A stretch of 20,000 nt of DNA. Origin: an uncultured virus (IMG/VR IMGVR_UViG_3300032332_001939) (taxonomy: Duplodnaviria > Heunggongvirae > Uroviricota > Caudoviricetes). The notes under the pieces were generated by a model. That model saw only the letters and a list, made by a program, of their open reading frames with translations, was not told where the DNA came from and searched no databases. This document shows positions 1 through 9,723 of the stretch, in pieces; position 1 is the stretch's first letter, and every line of letters begins with the position of its first letter. The translations under genes and the position numbers were made by a program. The DNA lies in the IMG/VR virus record IMGVR_UViG_3300032332_001939; one strand, 5' to 3'.

Positions 1-1685
1 ACTTGATTTCCAAAAACATATAATATATTTTTTGGATTTTTATTTGCAATGATATATTCTTTATACATATTAGTTGGACTTTGATCATCTATTTTCATAG
101 ATAAACTTTTATAATAAGGGTCACCCTCTAAGATAGAATTGTCATTTGTTTTTTCTATTGAATAAGAGAAGTTATTATTATAAGTAGTTTTATATGCTGT
201 AGCATTTCCATTCCAAATATAAGCATAACTTTCCCAATTAATTAAATCATATGATATAAATGTTTCTTCTGCATCTACTTGACCAAGATAACTAAGAGCC
301 CACCATCCATTAGCGCTATTCCACCAAATTTCTGGATATAAAGAATAACTTGGAGGACCGAATCCATCATTTCTTGCTGGGCCAATAAATTTAGTTGTTC
401 CACCTGCGGATCTTAAATACGTACCATTTGTTAACGGTGCGTCAGTTTGATTGCTAATAACAATTTTATAAATATAATCTACTCCCAAATTACCAGCGCT
501 AAATGAACTACTTTTTAATTTATAAGTTGGATAATCTGTTACAGCTCTAGTTTTTGCAGCAAGATATTTAGTTTTTATGTTTGCTAGACCTGTTATCGAA
601 CCTATTTGGCCAACTTGAATTATTTCGCCTTGTTCAGAATAAATACCAACTTCTTGGATATCTTTGTTTACTGTTATATTATAAGTATTGATTACATTTC
701 CTTCAAAAGCTGGATCATTAACATAACTAACACTATATTCTAAAGAATTATTAAACCAATCAGCAGTTTTTCCAAGATTAAATGGTTGAGTAAATAATGA
801 GTCTTTTACTCCTAATCCATATTTCTCAACATAAACATTAAATACATTTTGACATCTGGTATATGAATTTGCTAGTTCTGTATTGAAATAATTATCTGCC
901 GTATAGTTTAAAGTATTGTCTAAAGCTTTAATTTTTCCATTTTCAGTAATTGTTATTTTGCCATTTGTATCAAAAGTTAAGTTATGTGAAAGTGATGTTG
1001 TATAATTAGAATTGTAATTTTTATTAATTAAAATTTTTTTATTAAAAGAACATTTTTTATTAATAAGATCATAATTTTCAGAAAAATAATTCTTTTTATT
1101 TTTTAATATATTATAAAAACCAGAAAATTCACCAATTAAACCAATATTTAGAGTATCATAATAAACTGAATTAGCAAAATTTTTAGATTTTGTAAACAAA
1201 TCTGATCCATCATCATAATATTGAATATTAATATTATGATTATAAGAATAATCTCCATTTTCTGAATTATCAAAATTTAAATTTTCATCTAAACTAAGTA
1301 TTTTATCACTTACGCCAGATAAAAATGTACCATAAATACTACCAGTTTGTATATTTGTAAAATCATTATTTTCTAATATTTCTATGTTATATCTATATTT
1401 ACCAACTCGAATTGGATTTTCTTCTGGAAAAGATAAACTTGAAACTTTTCCACTACCCAAATTATATCCATTAATTATTACTGCATCATATCTATTGACT
1501 ATTCCTGTTAATAATCCAGTAACTTTTGTTAATGTTTGTTCTACTCCTTCTACTGCTTTTGGGTTTAATAATACTCCTTCAATAGAAATATTTTTTGTAG
1601 TATTTAACAGCAAGGTTCCTTCACCTAAATAATTTTTATTTAGTTGATATCCTAAGAGAGTTGCATCTGTAAATGTATAAGCCAT
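1..1685 (-). CDS. Post-TMP tail protein (distal tail/baseplate hub-like), 3'-truncated by the window edge, >=561 aa
   Basis: Hand translation from ATG 1685 (MAYTFTDATLLGYQLNKNYLGEG...) is stop-free to position 3 (...NILYVFGNQ). It is probably absent from the ORF track because it has no stop in the window. It lies directly downstream of the TMP and is rich in beta-forming, N, S, T and Y residues. Function is inferred from synteny. Confidence 0.75.
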   Translation of the reverse strand, partial: MAYTFTDATLLGYQLNKNYLGEGTLLLNTTKNISIEGVLLNPKAVEGVEQTLTKVTGLLTGIVNRYDAVIINGYNLGSGKVSSLSFPEENPIRVGKYRYNIEILENNDFTNIQTGSIYGTFLSGVSDKILSLDENLNFDNSENGDYSYNHNINIQYYDDGSDLFTKSKNFANSVYYDTLNIGLIGEFSGFYNILKNKKNYFSENYDLINKKCSFNKKILINKNYNSNYTTSLSHNLTFDTNGKITITENGKIKALDNTLNYTADNYFNTELANSYTRCQNVFNVYVEKYGLGVKDSLFTQPFNLGKTADWFNNSLEYSVSYVNDPAFEGNVINTYNITVNKDIQEVGIYSEQGEIIQVGQIGSITGLANIKTKYLAAKTRAVTDYPTYKLKSSSFSAGNLGVDYIYKIVISNQTDAPLTNGTYLRSAGGTTKFIGPARNDGFGPPSYSLYPEIWWNSANGWWALSYLGQVDAEETFISYDLINWESYAYIWNGNATAYKTTYNNNFSYSIEKTNDNSILEGDPYYKSLSMKIDDQSPTNMYKEYIIANKNPKNILYVFGNQ

Positions 1686-1710
1686 ATTCCTTTTTATTCC
1701 TTATTCCTTA
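1686..1710 (-). promoter_or_regulatory. Leader with repeated AAGG(A) motifs (RBS or translational control element)
   Basis: Minus strand reads TAAGGAATAAGGAATAAAAAGGAAT-ATG; a near copy lies at 9998-10024. Confidence 0.5.
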
Positions 1711-1738
1711 TTAATATTTACTTTTTCATAAAATAATT

Positions 1739-4700
1739 TTATCGTCCAAATGGAGTTGGTTTCTTTTTCAATCCAGCATCTTGTCTTACATCAAATATTT
1801 GATCATTAATTTTTTGTTGAACACCAACTTGAGCTTGTTTCCACCAATCATCTATAATTGGGGTTACTAAAGTCTTAAGATTAGAATCTTCTGCGAATGT
1901 TATTTCAAATTTTCCAGGATTAAAGTTAACAGTTCCATCAACATTCATTAATAAATTATTATTCGGTATATTTACATCAACTGAACCTTGTATGTTTTGA
2001 TTTGTCGGATTTGTTGGATTAGCTAGATTTCCAACTGGTATTACAGTTTGTCCTAGTTTAAATAAATTATCTGCTGCATAAGTTATTTGGGAGTTTAAAT
2101 CCGCTAAGGCTTCGGTTGACCCCTGCATTTGGGCTCTAGAATTTTCTGCAGCAGTTGCTTGGTTATTATATGATGTAACTAGTTGATTTAATGGGGTATT
2201 TTGTTCAATTCCTAAATCTGAAACATTTATTTTTTCTTTTCTTGCAAAAGATTGATCAATATCTTTTATAAATTTATCATATTGTTCTTGATTAAAATAT
2301 TTTCTGCCTTCCACCTCTAATACAGAAGATTGTCGTGCTTGTTTATATAATTCAGGTTTTAAGGTAGGTATAAGTTTGTCCATAGCTTGATTAGATTCAG
2401 CGAGTCTAGCTGTTGATCCGACTTGAAGCATTTTTTGTTGTCCAAGTTTTTCTGCTATAGTTTGATAAAGCTCTCTTCCAGAAAGTACTTCATTAGCTTT
2501 ATCTAAACTAGTCTTTAAATTATTAATTGATGGAGTAAGATCTTTTTGAATTACTTGAAGGGCATTTTGAATAGAAGTATTTAATTGTGGAATTACAGTT
2601 TTAGTTTGAGCTGTAGTCACGCCTCTTAATAATTTAGTAATTTCATCTACATTTTGACCAATATTTTGATCTTTTGTAAGATTATTTATTTGAGCAGTTG
2701 CAATTTCTTCTGCGCGGTAACCAATACGAGAATATGCTTGACCAGCTGCTCCAGGAGTACGAGACGCAAAGTAATTAGCTTGTCGTTTTATATCTGCTGC
2801 TCTTCCTCGTATTGCTATTCGTTTCAAATCTGACAAATCTTCTTGTGCACCTGGAGATAAACTTCCTCCAGAAAATTGAACGATTTCTGACAACATACCA
2901 GCTGCACCTCTTCCTTGCCTTACTATATCTTGACGATCTTGCCCCCGACTATAATCCCTACGATATTTATTAAAAATTTCTTTTCTTTTTTTGAAACTTT
3001 CTGGATCTAAAAATGATTGAATACCTCCAGCTGTATCAATGTCTCTTCTTGCTTGTAGAATTTTTTGCTGAATATTGTAATTATTTAAAGCTATAGTATT
3101 TGCTTTTCTCTGTTCTTCACTTAGAGTTGCAAGTTTTTCATTTTGTTGTCTAGCTTCATCATTTATTTTTGTTTGAATTTCTGAAGATTTTTCAAAATCT
3201 TTTCCAAATGAAGAACTTATTGCTTGATTTAATGCATCTGCTGTAGCTTGTGGAGAAAGATTTTGGTTACTTATATTAAGAAGTTTAGCTTGATATGAAT
3301 TTATTGCAGCTTCAGATTGAGGATTCTCTTGATTAGGTTTTCTCAAATCTTCCAATAAATTGGCTCCAATTTCTAGCATAGCTTGTTTTGAGGAAGATTG
3401 AGTTTCTCTGACTTGTTTAGCAAATTCTTCTCCTCTATTTAGTGCATTTATTCCTTCTCTTGTAGCATTAAGGGATTCTTGAGATTTAAATAATTCTTCA
3501 TAATTTAATAAACCTTCTGCTTTTGATAACGCTATTTGTCTTGTATTAGCGCTTACATTTGCATTGAAATTTTGTTTAAATGTTTGAGATTTTATTGAAG
3601 AATTAATTAAACTATTAAGAGAAGTATTCAAAGAGTCTATTGCTGCTTTTGCGCTTTGTGTTTGTTTTTTTAATTTATCTTGAGTTTTTATTTCTTCTTC
3701 TCTTATATTTTTTATAGCATCATTTTCTCTTTTATTAGCATTTAATTCATCGGCGTATAGTTTTAAAGATGTAAGTGCATTTTTGAAATCATCTGCATTT
3801 ATAGTCCTTAACATGAAAGATATATCTTGATTTAAACCATAATATTTTTCTAAATATGATATAAGTTCTGGTTGATTAAGTTTTAATAAATTATCACTTA
3901 CATCTTTTAAGAATTTAGCTTGACCTTCCTCGGAAAGTCCACCGTAGATTGATTGTGCAGCTCCACGAACTAATGATGGACTTTTAAGAACGCTTGGAGT
4001 AAATAAGCCACCACCTTCTATTACTTTACCTGTTACTTTTGCTGCAAATTCAAGATTTTTTAATTCTTTATTCAAAGAAGCTTGAATTTTATTAGTTTCA
4101 TCTTGTAATTTTGTAGAGTCTGTAATTGCAACTAATTGCATTCTATACTTTTGTGGAATATCATTTGCAATTGTTGCTAATTCATTATTTAATTTTGTTA
4201 TAGTTTCTGTTGAAGCTTTTGGATTTGCATAGGCTTCTTTTAATTGTTCTAAAGTTTTTGTATAATTTGATGCTGCATTTGCAAAATTGGAAGATTCTTC
4301 TTTAATACTTTCTAGTTTTTTCCCAAGATCTTTTCCACCATATTTCATTTGATTTGCAACTGCATTTGTAACAGAATAAAGTGCCCCTAACCCTCCAACA
4401 ACTAAACCCGCTGGCCCTGGAATTAGTTGTACTGCTGTTAAAGAAGCAGACAGTCCAGAAGATAAATTATTAATATTTTTTGCAAGTCGTTCGTTATCAC
4501 CCGCTAATTCAGAACCAAAACCTCCAATCATAGATAAACCAAATGAAGCAAAAATAAGTTTTTCTCTGTATTTATCTAAATCAAATTTAGTTTGTTTTAA
4601 TCCTTCTGCGGATTTTCCTGCTTCTTTATATAATTTTTTAAGAGGTGTATCTCCAGTAATCGCTTTTGCTAATGCAGCGCTAGCTGACATTTCTTGTGCT

Positions 4701-7624
4701 GTTAAAGCTGCAAAATTAGGAATAAATCCAAAAGCAGCCATTCCTTTTTGCATAGCATATGAATTACTCATCGCTGTTCCTAAACCTTCTGGATGATCTC
4801 TTTTTACAGCTGCAAAATTTGGTTGAGTGTTGCTATCTCTTACGTAAAGACCTAATCCTGGTTGAAAATCTAAAGTTGGACTTCCACCTAAATTTTTTTC
4901 AGTTTTAAAAGCTTTAGCTATTGGAGAAAAATTAGGAATAAATCCAAAAGCCATGTTTTGTTGATTTAATATTTTTGCCGCCATACTATTTAAATTTCCA
5001 CCAGAAAGTGAATTTTTAAAATCTCCACCCTTCCAACCACCAGATGTTAATGAATCAATTTTAAATGTTTGTCCTAATTTTTTAAGTTCTGCAGCTGTTA
5101 AATCTAAATTTCTAGTTCTATCTTCTGGAACAATATTCATTGCTGCTAAAATTCCACCTTCAAATGCATTTCCAACTAAAGAACCAATCTGATCTTGGCT
5201 TATATTACTTTTTAAATATCTTTTAAATTTATCACTATTTATTATCTCTGGAGAAACTCCAACTAAATCATGTAAAAAATTAGAAGCAGTATTTACTATT
5301 CCATCAATTGCTCCACCATAAAGACCTTGACCTACAAATTCTCTATCTTTTCCTTTTAATTGTCCAGGAAATGGTACGGCATAAAATCCTACTTTTTTAT
5401 TATCTGCGTTTCCATAAGTTTGAAATGATGTTGATTGACTAAAACCTGGATAAACAAGTGCATAATTATTAAATTTAATTTTTTCAGATTCTTCTTTAGT
5501 TAATTGAGCTTTGGTTTCTAAACTTCCTTTTGACCCATATATTAATTTTTTATAATTTGATTGAGGAACCCAATAATCATTTCCAACAGGTGTTACTCCT
5601 AAATCTTTAGCTGTTTGATTTAAAGTTGCGCCTTTTGTTAAATAAGTTCTTAATTCTTGCCCACCAGCTTTGATATAACCTTTTGAAATCATTTCCTCAA
5701 CTTGAGCGGCTGTAGATCCTCTAGCAAAATTTGGAATAAATCCATCAAAACTATAAGGATTAAAACCATGTGCAGCTTGGAAATTTTTTTGATAACTTTT
5801 TCCAGCAGTGCTTCCTTTTGGAGGCATTATAGCTGGTTGCGACATTCTTGGAAATTTCTTAACTGTTTCTGCGCTATTATAAGTTACTTGTCCATAATTT
5901 GGTATAAATGTTTGTTTAATTTGTCCTGGAGCATATCCTCCAGCTAATGCACCCATAACTTCTTGGTTTGCACTAAAATTAGGAATAAAACCTAAAGCTT
6001 TATTTTTAACTGCTGCGCCACGCATTGGTCCAGATTGAGCAATTGTGACTCCAGAATTCATTAAGCTTTTTGTCAAAGAATTAGCTACTGCGACTTGACG
6101 TTCCATAGCGACTGTTTCTTGTTCAATTAATGTTAAAATTTGTTTATGTAAACTTACAGTATCTAAATTATCACTATTAATTTGTTCAATAATCTGTGGA
6201 TTTTTACTAATAAGAGTAAGTATTTGACTTTGTAAAGCTTTTTGTTCAGCACTTTGTGTATTTAATCCTGTAAGTTGTTTAAATGCATCTGCTGTAAATA
6301 CAGTTAATCTTTCAAAAATTTTAACTAAAGATGCTGCTCCCAATAATAATCCTGGGCCACTTAAAAAATTACCTAAACCTTTAGCTAATCCTTCTCCAAT
6401 TTTTGCTCCAATACCTTCTGTTTGATCTGTTCCAAAATTTTCTAATACATAATTTAATCCATCTAAAGATTTTTTCATTGCTGGAGCTAAGGCTAGATTA
6501 CCAATAGCTACTGCTCCTTGTTGTAAATTAGCTACAGTTTTATTTATTGTTGCAGAAAGAGTTTCATTCAAAGCTTCATTTCTACTTATAGCTTCATTGC
6601 TTGCTCCAGAAGAAGTTGCTAATGCTTGTGAATAAATTGAATATTCTTTAGATAAATCGCTCAAAGAAGCTTTTAATACGTTAATTTGAAACACGCCACC
6701 AACAGTTTCTGCAATTTGAGCTCTTTGCACAGATCCTAATTTCTCATACGTTTGTGATAAATTATTTAGAATTTGAATTAGTGGTAATATATTTCCTTCT
6801 TGATCTTTTGTAGCGATACCAATTTCTTCTAAAGAATCTAATGTCTTAGGTCTTTGTAATCTTGTAAAAATTGTTTTTAAACTGTTTCCAATAACACTTC
6901 CACCTCTAGAAGTAATTTGTTGCGCAGATGTTACTAAAGCGATTAATTGATCAAAAGAAACTCCTGTATCATCTGCAGAACTACCAACTCTTTTAATTGC
7001 TTCTGCTAAATCTGCAGAACTTACTGCAAACCCAGCATCTACAGCTGCTAATTTGTTAACAACCTCTGTTGAAGTTATAGCCGAGCTAGTAAAAGAATTA
7101 ACTGCTGCAGTTAAAGCTTCAACGCTATCTACCGTACTTAATCCACTTAATCTTGTTAAAATTAAAGCATCACTTGTTCTTTTTAATGTATCTTCAATAC
7201 CTAAACCTTGTCTTGAAAATTCAGTTGCAGCTTTAGCTACTTCTGCAAAAGATGCGCCAGTATTTTTAGCTATATCAAATAAATTATTACCAAAACTAGT
7301 TAAATTTTTTTGACTTACATTTAATATGACATTAATATCAGTTAAAGATTTTTCTACTTCTATAACACTTCTAATAGTCTCGTCAAAAGCTTTCTTAATA
7401 GCATATATTGCGCCAGCAGAGGCACCGAATGCAATAACGCGAGCATTAGATGCGGCTAATGATTTTTCAAATTCCCCTAATTGACCGCTTATCTTACCTA
7501 ATGGCTGAGAGAATCCTTTGGTATTTAATATTAAAGCTTGATTAGCTACTTTAGCAATATTCTTCTCTAGGGGCTTTGTATTCCCTAGAACATCAATAAT
7601 AATTTTGTCTCTGCCTTGTGCCAT
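1739..7624 (-). CDS. Phage tail tape measure protein, 1961 aa, with a TP901-type N-terminal domain and internal inserted domains
   Basis: Very long, Ala/Leu/Gln/Lys-rich and helical. TP901-like core (EVAKAATEFSRQG, AVSSADLAEAIKRVGSSA, GNSLKTIFTRL). Hydrophobic Gly-rich segments near aa 415-435 and 1020-1085. Located downstream of the tube and chaperone genes, with AAAGGA upstream of the ATG. Confidence 0.93.
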   Translation of the reverse strand: MAQGRDKIIIDVLGNTKPLEKNIAKVANQALILNTKGFSQPLGKISGQLGEFEKSLAASNARVIAFGASAGAIYAIKKAFDETIRSVIEVEKSLTDINVILNVSQKNLTSFGNNLFDIAKNTGASFAEVAKAATEFSRQGLGIEDTLKRTSDALILTRLSGLSTVDSVEALTAAVNSFTSSAITSTEVVNKLAAVDAGFAVSSADLAEAIKRVGSSADDTGVSFDQLIALVTSAQQITSRGGSVIGNSLKTIFTRLQRPKTLDSLEEIGIATKDQEGNILPLIQILNNLSQTYEKLGSVQRAQIAETVGGVFQINVLKASLSDLSKEYSIYSQALATSSGASNEAISRNEALNETLSATINKTVANLQQGAVAIGNLALAPAMKKSLDGLNYVLENFGTDQTEGIGAKIGEGLAKGLGNFLSGPGLLLGAASLVKIFERLTVFTADAFKQLTGLNTQSAEQKALQSQILTLISKNPQIIEQINSDNLDTVSLHKQILTLIEQETVAMERQVAVANSLTKSLMNSGVTIAQSGPMRGAAVKNKALGFIPNFSANQEVMGALAGGYAPGQIKQTFIPNYGQVTYNSAETVKKFPRMSQPAIMPPKGSTAGKSYQKNFQAAHGFNPYSFDGFIPNFARGSTAAQVEEMISKGYIKAGGQELRTYLTKGATLNQTAKDLGVTPVGNDYWVPQSNYKKLIYGSKGSLETKAQLTKEESEKIKFNNYALVYPGFSQSTSFQTYGNADNKKVGFYAVPFPGQLKGKDREFVGQGLYGGAIDGIVNTASNFLHDLVGVSPEIINSDKFKRYLKSNISQDQIGSLVGNAFEGGILAAMNIVPEDRTRNLDLTAAELKKLGQTFKIDSLTSGGWKGGDFKNSLSGGNLNSMAAKILNQQNMAFGFIPNFSPIAKAFKTEKNLGGSPTLDFQPGLGLYVRDSNTQPNFAAVKRDHPEGLGTAMSNSYAMQKGMAAFGFIPNFAALTAQEMSASAALAKAITGDTPLKKLYKEAGKSAEGLKQTKFDLDKYREKLIFASFGLSMIGGFGSELAGDNERLAKNINNLSSGLSASLTAVQLIPGPAGLVVGGLGALYSVTNAVANQMKYGGKDLGKKLESIKEESSNFANAASNYTKTLEQLKEAYANPKASTETITKLNNELATIANDIPQKYRMQLVAITDSTKLQDETNKIQASLNKELKNLEFAAKVTGKVIEGGGLFTPSVLKSPSLVRGAAQSIYGGLSEEGQAKFLKDVSDNLLKLNQPELISYLEKYYGLNQDISFMLRTINADDFKNALTSLKLYADELNANKRENDAIKNIREEEIKTQDKLKKQTQSAKAAIDSLNTSLNSLINSSIKSQTFKQNFNANVSANTRQIALSKAEGLLNYEELFKSQESLNATREGINALNRGEEFAKQVRETQSSSKQAMLEIGANLLEDLRKPNQENPQSEAAINSYQAKLLNISNQNLSPQATADALNQAISSSFGKDFEKSSEIQTKINDEARQQNEKLATLSEEQRKANTIALNNYNIQQKILQARRDIDTAGGIQSFLDPESFKKRKEIFNKYRRDYSRGQDRQDIVRQGRGAAGMLSEIVQFSGGSLSPGAQEDLSDLKRIAIRGRAADIKRQANYFASRTPGAAGQAYSRIGYRAEEIATAQINNLTKDQNIGQNVDEITKLLRGVTTAQTKTVIPQLNTSIQNALQVIQKDLTPSINNLKTSLDKANEVLSGRELYQTIAEKLGQQKMLQVGSTARLAESNQAMDKLIPTLKPELYKQARQSSVLEVEGRKYFNQEQYDKFIKDIDQSFARKEKINVSDLGIEQNTPLNQLVTSYNNQATAAENSRAQMQGSTEALADLNSQITYAADNLFKLGQTVIPVGNLANPTNPTNQNIQGSVDVNIPNNNLLMNVDGTVNFNPGKFEITFAEDSNLKTLVTPIIDDWWKQAQVGVQQKINDQIFDVRQDAGLKKKPTPFGR
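4712..5998 (-). repeat. Four GFIPNF-encoding direct repeats inside the TMP
   Basis: GFIPNF starts at aa 545 (5975-5992), 628 (5726-5743), 894 (4928-4945) and 966 (4712-4729). The + strand 24-mer aaaattaggaataaatccaaaagc is identical at 4712-4735 and 4928-4951 and matches 22/24 at 5975-5998. Confidence 0.9.
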
Positions 7625-7644
7625 TTAACTAATCCTTTAATAAT

Positions 7645-7651
7645 ATTACAC
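7645..7651 (-). promoter_or_regulatory. GTGTAAT motif (putative phage late promoter) upstream of the TMP
   Basis: Exact motif 20 nt upstream of ATG 7624; recurs in other intergenic gaps. Confidence 0.55.
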
Positions 7652-7668
7652 GAAAATTTAATTAATAA

Positions 7669-8670
7669 TTAAATTCCGTGAATTTTAAGGATTTGTTCAA
7701 AAGAAAGGTCTCCATTTCCAGATTTTTTAGCTTCTTCACTTAAATCTACCACTTCATCTGTTGAATTTGAGGCTATCGTCTTGAGTTCTTCTTTGGTTGC
7801 GCCTATATAGCTTTGCCCCATTTTATCTTGGTTTTGTTGTTTTAAATTTGCTATATTTTGTCTATTTTCATACCAAGCTACCAAATCATCTAGTTTTTTA
7901 ACATTATTTGGTGGGTTTTCACCGCTTTTAGTTAAATAATATTTATAATTCCTACCTAATGCAAAAAGATCACATTGATATTGAGTTAAATTAATAATAG
8001 GTTTTCCATAAAATATATTAGGATTGTCTTCGCAAAGAAAAAAAGTGTTCATAAAAAAACCACAAACTGCTATTTTTTTAATATTTTCTATTTTAAACAT
8101 ATTAATGAATTCTTTATAACAGTTAATATATTCAATTAATTCTATATCTGTTCCTTCTCCAAATTCATCTTGATTTTTAAATAAAGGAGTCTTTAAATCA
8201 TCTTTATATAAACTATAATAAATAATAAATTCATTAGATTTTTTCTGTGCAAAATTTTCAGCAGTTAATCCTAATAGTTCTTCTCTTTCTTTTAAAATTT
8301 TATTCAAATCTTCTTGTTTACCATTAATTTCATCTCTCATTTTTTTAATTTGAGATTGAATAATTAATTTTTTAATTGTTGTTTGTAAATTCCCTATTTC
8401 TTCTGATATTCTGTCTATTTGTTTTTCTTTATCTTCAGACCAAACATTATCTCTATATAATAATTTTATTTTATCTTCTGTAGAAAGTAACCCTTGTATT
8501 TTGGCGTTATCAAATTCTTTAATATAAATTTCATTACTAAAACAAATTTCTGATTCAGATAAATGTTTAAATGAAAAACTTTTATCTTTTAAATGAAATG
8601 TGGTAAATCCATTAATTAAATCTCTATATAATTTCCTGACGATATTCTGCTCTTTAACAAAATCATTCAC
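7669..8670 (-). CDS. Putative tail assembly chaperone 2 (333 aa, GTG start)
   Basis: Immediately upstream of the TMP, with a charged coiled-coil. Shares Y-x10-GLL and L-x3-TAE-x2-A motifs with the upstream 267-aa ORF and overlaps it by 8 nt. Confidence 0.6.
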   Translation of the reverse strand: MNDFVKEQNIVRKLYRDLINGFTTFHLKDKSFSFKHLSESEICFSNEIYIKEFDNAKIQGLLSTEDKIKLLYRDNVWSEDKEKQIDRISEEIGNLQTTIKKLIIQSQIKKMRDEINGKQEDLNKILKEREELLGLTAENFAQKKSNEFIIYYSLYKDDLKTPLFKNQDEFGEGTDIELIEYINCYKEFINMFKIENIKKIAVCGFFMNTFFLCEDNPNIFYGKPIINLTQYQCDLFALGRNYKYYLTKSGENPPNNVKKLDDLVAWYENRQNIANLKQQNQDKMGQSYIGATKEELKTIASNSTDEVVDLSEEAKKSGNGDLSFEQILKIHGI

Positions 8671-9466
8671 TCTTCTCTTCTACTTTTTTGGATTCACTTT
8701 CTTTAGCTACTTCTTCATTTTGAGTAAAGAGTGTTTCTAAATTTTTAAAATCTTCTGGAGAATTAGCTTTACCCATGTACCATAAACTTACAAAATATGC
8801 AAATTTAGCTAAAGCTTCTTTATAGAACATTTCTTCTTTCTCTTCTATTTCATCGTATTTTTCAATCTTTTTATCATAAGAACCTTCTCCAAAAAATGGA
8901 ATAAATTCTTTTTTATCTTCATTTAGATAAGCAAGATTTAACACCCACCACATAATAGTTTGATTTCTAGCTCTAGTTTCTGCGGTTTGATCAAATAAAG
9001 TAGAATGATAATTTTCAATTTCTTGAAGCTCTTTACGAGTACTAGTTATATCAGTAAGAATATCTCCAATCTTTTTAGTTTGTTCATCTTTAGTGAGTTT
9101 ATCAAGATTTACCTCTAGTCTTTGAAGATCATTTTGAAGTTTATAGAGCTCAATATAAAGAGTAGCATATCTTTGCTTTTCTGGTTCGCTCATTGCGCCA
9201 CCATCATTATTATATCTTTTGGCTAGTAATGAACGAGTCAATAAACCAGCTTTAATACCTTCTGATAATTTAATTCCATAGTATAGTTCTGCTTCATCAA
9301 ATTGTCTTCTATTTGGTTTTAATATTCTAAATGGAACTGGAGTTGAAGTTTTTACTTTTTTAATAGTCTTTACTTCTTCGCCTTTTTCATTTTTTGAAGA
9401 TTCAATTTGTTCAACTTCAATTTCTTTATTTATTGTAAATTCATATAAATATTTATCTATTTTCAT
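8663..9466 (-). CDS. Putative tail assembly chaperone 1 (267 aa)
   Basis: Lies between the tube and the TMP; E/K-rich helical protein with a central coiled-coil; function by synteny. Confidence 0.6.
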   Translation of the reverse strand: MKIDKYLYEFTINKEIEVEQIESSKNEKGEEVKTIKKVKTSTPVPFRILKPNRRQFDEAELYYGIKLSEGIKAGLLTRSLLAKRYNNDGGAMSEPEKQRYATLYIELYKLQNDLQRLEVNLDKLTKDEQTKKIGDILTDITSTRKELQEIENYHSTLFDQTAETRARNQTIMWWVLNLAYLNEDKKEFIPFFGEGSYDKKIEKYDEIEEKEEMFYKEALAKFAYFVSLWYMGKANSPEDFKNLETLFTQNEEVAKESESKKVEEKSE

Positions 9467-9468
9467 AA

Positions 9469-9723
9469 TTAATTACCTATTTTTTCTTCTATAAAAGATT
9501 TAGTTTTTTTAAAGTTTACTTTACCACCAATTGTAACGATAAAATCTTTTTGCTTATCTTCTGGCCATTTTATATAATTAGATATATATTTTGTATTTAT
9601 TAATACATCAAAAGATGATTTTAACAAACCAAACTTTTCTTTAAGCGCCCTTTGGACACTTTGAGTTTCAAGATTTGCCTTGATAACATCTTCAATATTA
9701 TATCTAATAAGTTTATTTTTCAT
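9469..9723 (-). CDS. Hypothetical protein (84 aa; start revised to ATG 9723)
   Basis: The ORF track starts at TTG 9735, but ATG 9723 has GAGGA (9729-9733) 5 nt upstream and overlaps the end of the previous gene. Confidence 0.7.
   Translation of the reverse strand: MKNKLIRYNIEDVIKANLETQSVQRALKEKFGLLKSSFDVLINTKYISNYIKWPEDKQKDFIVTIGGKVNFKKTKSFIEEKIGN

Noticed and set aside
1711..1723. AAGTAAATATT upstream of the post-TMP gene as another GTGTAAT site
   Set aside because: Too degenerate to distinguish from the AT-rich background.
8663..8695. A6G run (TCC AAA AAA GTA) near the end of the 267-aa gene as a -1 frameshift site
   Set aside because: It is not phased as X XXY YYZ, the -1 frame hits TGA within a few codons, and the downstream gene is in the +1 frame.
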